Below are positions 34,947-43,839 of a stretch of DNA of 64,000 bases, piece by piece. The translations under genes were made by a program, and so were the position numbers. The notes under the pieces are model-generated. The model was given only the letters and a program-made list of their open reading frames with translations. It was not told the origin of the DNA and searched no databases. Numbering within the stretch: position 1 is the stretch's first letter; every line of letters begins with the position of its first letter. The stretch lies in the IMG/VR virus record IMGVR_UViG_3300045284_000065, positions 1 to 64,000 of that record; one strand, 5' to 3'. The stretch is from a virus.

Positions 34947-35064
34947 CTGGATCGGTGCCGTCGATACCGTGGACAGGGCAGGTCAGGTCAGCGATGCGGT
35001 AGCCGCCTGTGTCACCGAACCACGGACAGGTGCATCCTTCGGGACGGGGGTCATCATCCATCAT
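34912..35064 (-). CDS. 50-aa CxC...CPVH peptide
   Basis: Read by hand; ATGA coupling with recA. Confidence 0.5.
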   Translation of the reverse strand: MMDDDPRPEGCTCPWFGDTGGYRIADLTCPVHGIDGTDPGDGYWSEDDTP

Positions 35065-36119
35065 GTCTTCCTCACCTTCTTGGTCTTGGTGGGCAGGGGT
35101 GGGGGTGGAGGTGGTGCTTCACCGAGCACCAGCTTGCGGACCTCGGCTTCGATCTGGACCTGGAGGTCGATGTCCTCGCGCATGGAGGCCAGCACTGGCT
35201 CCTTGCCGTTCCACTTCTGCCCGCCGTAGTGGTACCAGGCACCCTGCCGGGTGATGATGTCGTAGGTCAGGGCGATGGCCCACAGCTGGGACACCACGTC
35301 GTAGTCACCCTTCTGGAAGGGTCCGTAGTTGGTGAAGTAGAAGGGCGTGACGCCCACCCGCATCGGCGGGGCCGTCTTGTTCTTCATCACCAGCGTCTTG
35401 ATGACGAGGCCGACCTTGTTCTTCCCGGCGTCCAGCAGCCACTCGTCACGCACCACCTCGACGCGGATGAAGTAGCTGAAGTTCTTGCCCTTGCCGCCCG
35501 GGGTGGTGCGAGGGTCGCCGTACATCACACCGATGCGGTCACGCCACTGGTTGATGATGAGGCAGAGGCAGTCACGCTCATCCACGGTGCGGCGCTGGGC
35601 CTTGGGTGACTTCCGCATCAGCTTGTTGGTGAGACGGGCACCCAGGCCTGGCTGCCAGTCGGTCATCTCACCCTCGCCCTCACCGCTGGGGATGAGGGCC
35701 GGGTAGGAGTCCAGCACGATGGCGTCCACCGACTGGCTGTCGAGAGCGTCCAGCATGATGGTGTAGGCCTCCTCCATCACGTTGGTCAGGGCCAGCACCA
35801 CACGGGTGGTGTCGATGCCAAGCTCCTCGGCCCACTCCTTGTTGAAGTCCTCCGATGCCACCCACAGCACCTGGTAGTCCGGGTTCGCCATCATGTTGGC
35901 GGCGATGGTCTTCAGTGCCATGACCGTCTTGCCGTGGGACTCCAGGCCGATGATCTCGTTCCAAACGTTCAGCGGCCAGCCCCCACCGAGGGCCAGGTCG
36001 AACGAGAGCGAGCCAGTGGTGGCTCGGCGGAAGGTCGGGATCTCGCTGGCGTACACCAGCACCTCGGCCTTCATCTCCTTGTTGATCTGAGCGATCAGTG
36101 CGTCCACGGCGGTGGTCAT
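35061..36119 (-). CDS. recA: RecA/UvsX recombinase
   Basis: TGSLSFDLALGGG, GLESHGKT, VLDS, INQWRDRIGVMYGDPRTTPGG, KNKTAPP. Confidence 0.95.
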   Translation of the reverse strand: MTTAVDALIAQINKEMKAEVLVYASEIPTFRRATTGSLSFDLALGGGWPLNVWNEIIGLESHGKTVMALKTIAANMMANPDYQVLWVASEDFNKEWAEELGIDTTRVVLALTNVMEEAYTIMLDALDSQSVDAIVLDSYPALIPSGEGEGEMTDWQPGLGARLTNKLMRKSPKAQRRTVDERDCLCLIINQWRDRIGVMYGDPRTTPGGKGKNFSYFIRVEVVRDEWLLDAGKNKVGLVIKTLVMKNKTAPPMRVGVTPFYFTNYGPFQKGDYDVVSQLWAIALTYDIITRQGAWYHYGGQKWNGKEPVLASMREDIDLQVQIEAEVRKLVLGEAPPPPPPLPTKTKKVRKT

Positions 36120-36239
36120 GTGTCCCCCAACAGAAAGGACGGGTGAAGGAGGAGCTTCCGCCGCTGCTCTCCCTCACCCGTCTTCGGTGCCAAAGTTATC
36201 GAGGCGTAGGCGGATACGCAACTCACGGAGTGTGTTATT

Positions 36240-36596
36240 TCAGCCGGGTTGCCAGGACGAGGCCATCCCCTGCTGGAACATGCCGTTGAACCCACAGTCG
36301 AAGCAGTGCGGAGCAGGAGGGGGGCCACGTCGGACACCCTCCCCCGACCTGCTGTAGTAGCGGGTGCTCCCGCACTCCGGGCACGGATCGGGGTCGATCT
36401 TGTGGGCCTTGCCACCGTGCCAGGTGGTCATGGCCCCCCACAGGTTGTCGATCGTCACCTTGGGCGGGGCCTGCTGGACCTGGGGCTGCATCTGCTGCTG
36501 GGGGATGTACCCAGGCGGTGGCCGCATCTGCTGGGGCTGGGGCTGCTGACGCTGCCCGCCGAACTTGCGGGCGTACCACCCGGAGGAGTCGCTCAT
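36240..36596 (-). CDS. Q/P-rich zinc-ribbon protein
   Basis: CPECGS...CFDCG. Confidence 0.75.
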   Translation of the reverse strand: MSDSSGWYARKFGGQRQQPQPQQMRPPPGYIPQQQMQPQVQQAPPKVTIDNLWGAMTTWHGGKAHKIDPDPCPECGSTRYYSRSGEGVRRGPPPAPHCFDCGFNGMFQQGMASSWQPG

Positions 36597-36790
36597 GCCA
36601 GAGCAGTGGCGACTGCAGCGAGCGCCATGGCATCGGAGAGGAAGGTCAGCATCGCTCCCGACACGCGCTCTTGCAGATCCTGCAGACTCAGGTCTGCAGG
36701 ATTGAGCGCCGTCGAGATGATCGAGCGGGCGTAGTCGTCGGCCAGGCCGATGATCTGATCAGCCACGGCCACTTGCACCTGTGCTGGCAT
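36593..36790 (-). CDS. Hypothetical protein
   Basis: ATGA coupling. Confidence 0.55.
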   Translation of the reverse strand: MPAQVQVAVADQIIGLADDYARSIISTALNPADLSLQDLQERVSGAMLTFLSDAMALAAVATALA

Positions 36791-36805
36791 GGTGTGGATA
36801 GTAAC

Positions 36806-38797
36806 TCACTTCTTCTTCGCTGCCGCCCAGGAGTACCCGATCTTGGAAGACACGATAAGCGGGATCTCCCCGAGGATGGGGGACCCGGAGAGGTCGGTGA
36901 CGCCAGTCATGGTGTCGGACACCAGCGCGAGCACCTCTTCAGCGTAGGCCTCCTCGCAGCGCACGATGATCTCGTCGTGGACCTGAAGCACCATCTGCGC
37001 TGGATATGCCGATATGCGTTGGTACAGGTTGAGCATGGCGATCTTCGTGATGTAGCTGGCGAAGCCCTGGACCAAGGCGTTGATGGCCTGGCGCTCGGCC
37101 CGCCAGCGCATCCACTCCTCCTCCTTGTGGTACTTCATCAGGTCCGGGAGACGACGGAGCCTGCCGATGGGAGGGATGATGATCGTCGGCGGGTCAGTCG
37201 AGGGGCTGGCCGGGTCGCACCGGTCCCGGGCCTCGGCCAGCACCCGCTTCTTCCAGGGTTCAAGCCCGCCGAACATCTCGTAGTAACCATCGATGAGCTT
37301 CTGCGCCCGACGCTTGGAGCACTTGGCTACGTATGCAATCTTGTTCACCCCAGCGCCGTAGATGATGGCGAAGTTCTGCGTCTTGCCGACCGCCCGCTGC
37401 TCCTCGGTGACCTTGTCGAGGGGGATGTTCCACATGGCTGCCGCCGCCTGGCGGTGGACATCGTCACCACGCTTGAACACGGTCAGCATGTTGGGGTCGC
37501 CCGACTCGTAGCCAGCACACCGCAACTCCACCTGGTCGTAGTCGGCCACGATGAGGACGTGGCCTGGCCCAGCGATGAACAGTTCACGAATGACCGAGGA
37601 CTTGGGGATCTGGTGGAGGTTGGGCTTCTCCGCTGAGAACCTGCCGGTGACGGTGCCGTGCTGCTTGAAGCTGGTGTGCAGCCGGGGTAGGCCGGAGTCG
37701 CGCTTGCTCAGGTACTTGTCGAAGCCAACGACGAAGGTGCCGCGCAGCTTCTCGTAGGCCGACCACTCCAGGAACAGGCGGGCTACCTCGTTGCTGCTGG
37801 CGTAGCGCTCCAGGAGCGCCTTGTTCAGCTGGGCGGCGTCGGTCTTGGCCGTGCGGTTGAGGGGGGTGAGGCCCTGGGGCTTCAGTGGGTGGCCGCTGGT
37901 GCCGACTGGTATCTCCTTGCCCTTCTCCACCTCACCGAACAGCACGTAGCGCTTGACCGAGAGGTTCGACATCGGGATCTCGTCCCCGACCAACTGGCCC
38001 ACGTCCTTCTCGATCTGAGCGATGGAGGTGGTCAACTCCTCGCCCACCTTCTCCATCGCTGACAGGTCGATGGGGAACCCGGCCGACTCCATGTCCATGA
38101 GCACCGGATACATGCTCATCTCGAAGTCGTAGACGGCCTTCAGTCCCCGCTTGATGAGCTTGGGCCACAGCCTCTTGTAGAGGTACCGGGTGTAGACGAG
38201 GTCCTTGTTGAGGTACGAGGCGATCTCGTCCAGCCCGAAGTTCTCGACGCCCTTGGTCCCGAGCGAGGGGTACCACTTCTTGCGGTCGGCCGGTCGGAAC
38301 CAGTCGATCGACAACTCCTTCAACCCGTACATGGGGAGTGACTCATCGATGACGTGCTGCAGGACGAGGGTGTCGTGGTAGGGGCCGGGTGGGATCCGAC
38401 CGCCGAAGTACTTGGCGATGGTCTGCAGGTCGAACTTCAGATGGTGGTTGAGCTTGGCCCGGTCGCTGAACAGCAGCGGTTCGATCAACTCGGCCACCTG
38501 GTAGGGGTACAGCTGGCGCGGCGGCGGGGCGTAGGTCGCTGGCACCAGGTGCTCCACCATCCGCATCGACGGCTTGCCGGTAGGAGTCAGGCCGCGCTCG
38601 TCGCTCCAGAGCAACGAGGCTGGCGTCTTCTCCTTCTTCTGCACCGTGAGCCGGTGCCCCTTGGGGTGGCCGCAGGGGATCAGGAAGGTGTGGGCCGTGC
38701 AACCGAGGCCGCACCACAGCATCTCGTTGGTCTGCGTGTCGAGTCCGTTCGTCTCCAGGTCGATGACGAACGTGTCCTCACGGAGAAGCAGGTCCAC
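36806..38797 (-). CDS. polA: Family A DNA polymerase (3'-5' exonuclease + polymerase)
   Basis: DLETNG, KFD, YLNKD; TGRFS, ADYDQVELR, RAVGKTQNFAIIYG, QVHDEI. Confidence 0.95.
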   Translation of the reverse strand: MDLLLREDTFVIDLETNGLDTQTNEMLWCGLGCTAHTFLIPCGHPKGHRLTVQKKEKTPASLLWSDERGLTPTGKPSMRMVEHLVPATYAPPPRQLYPYQVAELIEPLLFSDRAKLNHHLKFDLQTIAKYFGGRIPPGPYHDTLVLQHVIDESLPMYGLKELSIDWFRPADRKKWYPSLGTKGVENFGLDEIASYLNKDLVYTRYLYKRLWPKLIKRGLKAVYDFEMSMYPVLMDMESAGFPIDLSAMEKVGEELTTSIAQIEKDVGQLVGDEIPMSNLSVKRYVLFGEVEKGKEIPVGTSGHPLKPQGLTPLNRTAKTDAAQLNKALLERYASSNEVARLFLEWSAYEKLRGTFVVGFDKYLSKRDSGLPRLHTSFKQHGTVTGRFSAEKPNLHQIPKSSVIRELFIAGPGHVLIVADYDQVELRCAGYESGDPNMLTVFKRGDDVHRQAAAAMWNIPLDKVTEEQRAVGKTQNFAIIYGAGVNKIAYVAKCSKRRAQKLIDGYYEMFGGLEPWKKRVLAEARDRCDPASPSTDPPTIIIPPIGRLRRLPDLMKYHKEEEWMRWRAERQAINALVQGFASYITKIAMLNLYQRISAYPAQMVLQVHDEIIVRCEEAYAEEVLALVSDTMTGVTDLSGSPILGEIPLIVSSKIGYSWAAAKKK

Positions 38798-38840
38798 GGC
38801 CCCCCGTACCTGCTCCCCCGTGAGGAGGACTCGCGGGTGC

Positions 38841-39560
38841 CTACTCGTAGTCGTCCGTCATCTCGTCCGCGATCTCGCGCAACTCCTTGGGGAGAGGAAT
38901 CTGCAGGATCTCGGGGTCGTACAGGTGGAACTGCTTCAACCGATCCTCGTCGGGGATCGGCGTGTCGTAGTCCTCGGTCAGCGCCGTGCGCTTGATGGGG
39001 CTGACGTTGTACTGGGTCGACGCCTTCTGGCCCGTCTTGCTCACCAGGAAGAAGCCCTTGGTCAGCGGCCCGATCTTCGGGTCGTTGGCGTAGGACTTCA
39101 GCACCTGGAACAGGCGAGCACCCACGTCCCAGGACTTCAACGACACGTCGCCGTTGGGGTCGAGGACGAAGACGTTGAAGGCCGACACGGCCTGGGGACG
39201 CACGCCCACCTCGCACAGCGGGCAGTCCTTGCCCACCGACTGCAGGCACACGTAGGAGCGGGTCTGCTTGCCGTCCTTGGTCTGGCGGTCGACCCAGTGG
39301 CGGCGGTACCCCACGTAGGGACCCTCCTCCGCGAAGGCGATGATCTGGCTGCGCTCCTCGGGACGGAAGCCCTGCGCCCATGAGGACGTGGAGTCCATCA
39401 CCTCCTGGGAGCCACCCCAGCCGCCGCGTGGCGCGCTGCCTCCGTTGGTGGAGGGAGGGCGGGGAGCCGAACGGTCCTTGCTACGCGGCGGCGGCGAATC
39501 GTTCTCGCCGTCTTCGTCGGGCGGCTCCGCGGCAGGAGGTGCTGGTCGCTTGCTTGGCAT
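38841..39560 (-). CDS. gp32-like ssDNA-binding protein
   Basis: HWV...YVCL...CPLC; acidic C-terminus; adjacent to polymerase. Confidence 0.7.
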   Translation of the reverse strand: MPSKRPAPPAAEPPDEDGENDSPPPRSKDRSAPRPPSTNGGSAPRGGWGGSQEVMDSTSSWAQGFRPEERSQIIAFAEEGPYVGYRRHWVDRQTKDGKQTRSYVCLQSVGKDCPLCEVGVRPQAVSAFNVFVLDPNGDVSLKSWDVGARLFQVLKSYANDPKIGPLTKGFFLVSKTGQKASTQYNVSPIKRTALTEDYDTPIPDEDRLKQFHLYDPEILQIPLPKELREIADEMTDDYE

Positions 39561-39579
39561 GTGAACCTCGATTTCGGTG

Positions 39580-40023
39580 TCAGTGATCGGCTTGAAGCGC
39601 TGCGAACGCTTTGCCTACATCCAGTGCGAACGAGCGGGTCGGTGGTTGCCGGTTGAGGATCACCTTGTGCTTGTCAGCAAGCGAAAGGATACATTCGATC
39701 TGCTCCCGTGTCCACAACCGACGCCCCTTCGTGGGGTGCTTCGCACCCGGCTTGGCGTTGGTCGGCTGGGACCGGTAGGGGGAGCGGGGCAGCAGGCCCT
39801 GCGTCTCCCACAGGCGGATCGAGTTCTGGCTGTAGCCGATGGCCTTGGCGAGCGCCGAGATGGGGAAGAACTGGACGACCTTGCCGTTGACGACGCCATC
39901 GGTCGGGCGTGCATCCCATATCGGCTTATCAGGAGGGGGACCCTCCTTCTTGTCTCGGTTGACCGGCTTGCGTCGGCCGGGGTAGTCCAGGTCACCGAAG
40001 AGTCGATCGACCGAGTCACTCAC
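39580..40023 (-). CDS. MerR-like HTH DNA-binding protein
   Basis: ISALAKAIGYSQNSIRLWETQGLLP...GRRLWT. Confidence 0.8.
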   Translation of the reverse strand: MSDSVDRLFGDLDYPGRRKPVNRDKKEGPPPDKPIWDARPTDGVVNGKVVQFFPISALAKAIGYSQNSIRLWETQGLLPRSPYRSQPTNAKPGAKHPTKGRRLWTREQIECILSLADKHKVILNRQPPTRSFALDVGKAFAALQADH

Positions 40024-40453
40024 CCTGCAGATGGTCCAGCATCTCTTGAGTGGCCTCACGCCACTGCACCAGGGGGGTGACGGCCCACACCGGCATCTGC
40101 CCACCGGGGTACAAGGTCTGCACCACCGACTGGAAGATGGCATCGACACTCATGCCTCGGTCGACGGCTGCGCGCGGTGGCCGACCGATCCGACCCGGCA
40201 CCTTGGGTGTCGTGGACTGGTTCTTCCGGTAGGCCGGGACGACACCGTGCATCTGAGAACGGTGACGGGCCTGAGCGTTGGCCGACTTGAAGTCGTCGCG
40301 GCCACACTCGGGGCACGCCTCGGCAGGGATGTGGGACATGACGTGCCCGGACAGGGCCTGGGCGTTGGGGTACACCTTGCTGCACTCCGGGCAGACGAAG
40401 GTGCTGTCGGGGATCAGGTCGGGATCTTCTCGGATCATGTCTTCGGCCATCAT
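40016..40453 (-). CDS. Tandem C2H2 zinc-finger protein with AT-hook-like motif
   Basis: FVCPECSKVYPNAQALSGHVMSH; CPECGRDDFKSANAQARHRSQMH; GRIGRPPR. Confidence 0.8.
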   Translation of the reverse strand: MMAEDMIREDPDLIPDSTFVCPECSKVYPNAQALSGHVMSHIPAEACPECGRDDFKSANAQARHRSQMHGVVPAYRKNQSTTPKVPGRIGRPPRAAVDRGMSVDAIFQSVVQTLYPGGQMPVWAVTPLVQWREATQEMLDHLQGE

Positions 40454-40794
40454 CAGCGGCGCGCCTTCGCAGCGAGGATGCGCTCGGTCAGCAGCATGAT
40501 GCGGAACTCGTCGCGCGTCGGGCGGCTGCCCTTGGGGTACTGGTAGTTCGGGGGACGGAAGTAGTGGCGTGCCAGCAACGTCCCGAAGGTGTTGATGGTG
40601 TCTCGCCGCTCCATCCCGCACCGCTCGCAGCGCAGGGTCAGGGGGACGCCGAACTGAGGGGTCCAGGTGCTGTCGTAGTCGAACCAGGAGTGGCCCAACG
40701 TGTTGCAGCGGAGGTAGCCCTGGCGCTCATGGTCGACAGTGCTCTGGTAGCCCTCCCCTAGGAGGGCTTCCAGGTCAGAGATCGTCTCGGTCAC
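40453..40794 (-). CDS. Zinc-binding hypothetical protein
   Basis: C...GH.W...CERC; GAGG RBS. Confidence 0.7.
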   Translation of the reverse strand: MTETISDLEALLGEGYQSTVDHERQGYLRCNTLGHSWFDYDSTWTPQFGVPLTLRCERCGMERRDTINTFGTLLARHYFRPPNYQYPKGSRPTRDEFRIMLLTERILAAKARR

Positions 40795-40808
40795 AATGTG
40801 TTACCTCG

Positions 40809-40845
40809 GTGTGTAGTGGTCACGGTGGAGTGTGACACTACACAC
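40809..40845. promoter_or_regulatory. Intergenic inverted repeat (operator or hairpin)
   Basis: GTGTGTAGTG(G)TCAC...GTGACACTACACAC. Confidence 0.6.
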
Positions 40846-40853
40846 GTTAGTAA

Positions 40854-41033
40854 CTAGACGGCAACCAAGTCCTTCTCCCAAGCGTCGAGCGCAGTCTCCA
40901 GGGCGCGCTCAACCAGGAGGGTCTTGGAGACGACGCGGCGATCCGCTTCGCGGTCCAAACGAGCCAGCAGTTCGTCAGACAGACGGAACTGTGCTTGGGT
41001 CCGGGGGTTGACCACAGTCTTTGGACGTGGCAT
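40854..41033 (-). CDS. Ribbon-helix-helix (CopG/Arc-like) DNA-binding protein
   Basis: TQAQFRLSDELLARLDREADRRVVSKTLLVERAL; GGAGG RBS. Confidence 0.75.
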   Translation of the reverse strand: MPRPKTVVNPRTQAQFRLSDELLARLDREADRRVVSKTLLVERALETALDAWEKDLVAV

Positions 41034-41079
41034 GGGGTTTCCTCCCTTCTTGGTGGGGGTGGTGGTAGTGGGCTTGCGG

Positions 41080-41565
41080 CTAGGCATCGTCGTCCTCCTT
41101 GTCAGCGTCGATGATGAAGAAAGCGAAGTTCTCGCTCTCCTCGTAAAGGGCCTGCAGTTCTGCGTCGGTGAGCTTGCCCTCGAAAGCAGCAGCGAGGAGG
41201 GCGTCCTCGTCCAGCACCACCTCGGTGCGCGTGCACTGTTCCAACAGCTTCTTGCGCTTCAACAGGGCCATGGCTGCTGCTTCGTTGAGCCGCTGGCTGG
41301 TGCGTCGAACACGGCGGATGGCCCCGACCTCGCGGCCCTTGGCCTTGCCGCCCTTGTACTCGGCGTAGGGGATCGGCTCCATCAACCTGATGATCCGATG
41401 CCCACCCTCCTGTAGCTCACCGACACGCTCCAACGTGTCCATGAGCGACTCCTTGTCCTTCTTCTCGCGGTACTCCGAGCGCTCGCGCATCGACCGGTTC
41501 TGCAGGTAGTCCTGCACCACCAGTTCGAGTTGGAGCGTTGAAGGCTTCGGTCGCTTTGTCGGCAT
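41080..41565 (-). CDS. Hypothetical phage protein
   Basis: Helical; typical codon usage. Confidence 0.7.
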   Translation of the reverse strand: MPTKRPKPSTLQLELVVQDYLQNRSMRERSEYREKKDKESLMDTLERVGELQEGGHRIIRLMEPIPYAEYKGGKAKGREVGAIRRVRRTSQRLNEAAAMALLKRKKLLEQCTRTEVVLDEDALLAAAFEGKLTDAELQALYEESENFAFFIIDADKEDDDA

Positions 41566-41596
41566 ACCACCAGTGTAGGGCACAGGTGGGCACTTA

Positions 41597-43150
41597 TCAA
41601 CTCGGGCCGTCTAGGAACTCCCGCAGTGACTGGAGGTCCAGTTTCAGGACCCCGCCCTTGTCGAACTCGCCGTCCACGAAGGCGCGCGCCACCTTGGCCT
41701 TCTGCTGGAGCATCTCGTACATGCGCTGCTCGATCGTCTGGTGGCCGTACATGTAGACGATGCGGATCTGCTTGAAGGCTGAGTCGGTGCGGTCGATGCG
41801 GGCCACGCGCTGGGCCAGAGCACCGGCCGACCACGGGAGGTCGTAGCTGATGAGGTGGCTCCCCTTGCCGAGGCTGATGCCGTAGGCCCCGGCGTCGGAG
41901 GACAGGAAGACCTTGCACGCCGGGTCGTTGTTGAACCGTTCGATGCGGCGGTCCCTCTCCTGGGCCGAGGTGATGTCACCGGTCAGGGTGGTGAAGGGGA
42001 TCTTCAGCTTCAAGAAGGCCTGGCCGATCATGGCGATCATCGGCTTGAAGAAGGAGAAGATCACCACCTTGTGGTCGGGGGCTTCGTTGAGGATCTCGAC
42101 CGCCGTCTCCACCAGGGCGTCCAGCTTGGCGTTCTCCAAGGGCAGGGCGTCGAGGAGGCCCGCCTCCTTCATCTCGGCGGCGTACTGCGACCCGGCCTTG
42201 GTCAGGGGAGAGTCGAAGTCGTCGGCCGACGCGCGCAGCAGGCGAGGGTGGGACGACAGCATCCGCATGGCGAGCAGGCGGGACATCACCGCACCCAGGG
42301 CAGCGCTCGTCTCGGTGGGGGCGTGGCCGTAGTGAGCGGTGACATCGAAGTACCCGCCGATGCCAGCGGCGATGGCCTTGTCGAGAGCGTCGCTCAGGTC
42401 ACGGCGCACGATGTCGTGGAGGCGCATGGTGATCTTGTCGAGGACGACCGGCATCTCCACGTCGATCTTCTCGGGCAGCCACTCAGCGATGTCCTCCCGG
42501 CTCTTGCGGAACATCGCTGGGCCGAGGCGGTTCTGGATCAGGTGGAGGTTGCGGTAGCGCAGGGGCCTCCCCCAGCCATCGCGCACGATGAACGTGCGAT
42601 CGAAGAGGCCGAAGCGACCGAGCACCTCGGGGTCAACGAACTCCATGATGCTGAACAGTTCCTCGGGCCGGTTCTCCACAGGTTGTCCCGAGAGTCCGAG
42701 ACGCACCTGTGCATGACGAGCGAGGAGCTTGGCCCGCTTGGAAGTCTTGGTGTTGAACCCCTTCAGTGCTGATACCTCGTCCGCGATGATGAAGTCGACC
42801 GGCAGCATCGCCTTGATCTCCTCCCAGTCATGCACAAGGCACTGGTAGTGGAGGATCGTGTAGTTGAACAGGTGCGCGCGTCGATATCCCGATATCCGAT
42901 GGCGCTTGTCACCCTCGATCACCTGGACGCTTGCTCGGGGGTCGACCTTGGCGATCTCCCGGACCCACTGGTACTTCGTGGACTTGAGCGCGAACACTGC
43001 ACCATTGGTGACGACGCGGCGCTGACGCAGGCGACGGACAGCGGCAGCCGAGGTGACCGTCTTGCCGCTGCCCATCACCATTGCCAGGAGCAGACTGTGC
43101 CGCTCCAGGATTCGCTCTACCCCGTCGATCTGGTAGGGGCGTAGCTCCAT
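41597..43150 (-). CDS. SNF2-family SF2 helicase
   Basis: LRPYQ, MGSGKT, IADEV, LSGQP, GISL, QRVARIDR. Confidence 0.9.
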   Translation of the reverse strand: MELRPYQIDGVERILERHSLLLAMVMGSGKTVTSAAAVRRLRQRRVVTNGAVFALKSTKYQWVREIAKVDPRASVQVIEGDKRHRISGYRRAHLFNYTILHYQCLVHDWEEIKAMLPVDFIIADEVSALKGFNTKTSKRAKLLARHAQVRLGLSGQPVENRPEELFSIMEFVDPEVLGRFGLFDRTFIVRDGWGRPLRYRNLHLIQNRLGPAMFRKSREDIAEWLPEKIDVEMPVVLDKITMRLHDIVRRDLSDALDKAIAAGIGGYFDVTAHYGHAPTETSAALGAVMSRLLAMRMLSSHPRLLRASADDFDSPLTKAGSQYAAEMKEAGLLDALPLENAKLDALVETAVEILNEAPDHKVVIFSFFKPMIAMIGQAFLKLKIPFTTLTGDITSAQERDRRIERFNNDPACKVFLSSDAGAYGISLGKGSHLISYDLPWSAGALAQRVARIDRTDSAFKQIRIVYMYGHQTIEQRMYEMLQQKAKVARAFVDGEFDKGGVLKLDLQSLREFLDGPS

Positions 43151-43154
43151 CGCT

Positions 43155-43415
43155 CTAGCCTGCCCGACGCTGGCCGACCTTCTTGGCGGGGACCCGCTTG
43201 GCCGGGGTGACCACAGGCTCGGGCTTGACGTGAGCTACGCCGTTGATGGACTTGGCGTTGGTGTGCTTCCGCACCGCCTCCCGCAGGACCGAGTCGTCGT
43301 AGGGGGCGTGAACATCGATGGTGCGGCCGTCGTCCAGGAGGAAGCGGTGGATGACCCACTCGTAGACCGCTGTGTACGTGCCGTCGTCGTTCTGCTCCAA
43401 CTTGGTGATGACCAT
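43155..43415 (-). CDS. Hypothetical protein
   Basis: ORF track. Confidence 0.6.
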   Translation of the reverse strand: MVITKLEQNDDGTYTAVYEWVIHRFLLDDGRTIDVHAPYDDSVLREAVRKHTNAKSINGVAHVKPEPVVTPAKRVPAKKVGQRRAG

Positions 43416-43419
43416 TGTG

Positions 43420-43839
43420 TCACTCTACTGGGCGGTAGATAAGCGAGCGCCACACAGGACCGTGAGCGCAGTGCCCCTTGGCCCGAGGACGTGTCTCGCC
43501 TGTCCTCACGATGTATCCCTGGCGAGCAAGGCTAAGAACGACTGGCCCAAGTGCGCGTGGCTGGCGTGGCTCCTCCAGACCTTGGTCCCATAACTCATCG
43601 GTGAACATCTCCGGGTGGCGCTGGAGGTAGTGGATCAGGAAGTCCCGGGCATATGCCTTCCACTCATCATCAGCATGAGCCTCGACCCGGGCCATCCCGA
43701 TGTCGCGACCGAGGGCTGCATCATTCAGGTGTCGCTGCCGACGACAGAAGGTGCAGTCCACCCAGCGGTATCGAGCGATGCCGTCGACATCAATGCGTCG
43801 AAGCCGCCGTCTCCCCGTCCCGCCGCAGACGCAACTCAC
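43420..43839 (-). CDS. Hypothetical protein with N-terminal Zn knuckle
   Basis: CVCGGTG...CTFC; RALGPV...VWRSL. Confidence 0.65.
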   Translation of the reverse strand: MSCVCGGTGRRRLRRIDVDGIARYRWVDCTFCRRQRHLNDAALGRDIGMARVEAHADDEWKAYARDFLIHYLQRHPEMFTDELWDQGLEEPRQPRALGPVVLSLARQGYIVRTGETRPRAKGHCAHGPVWRSLIYRPVE

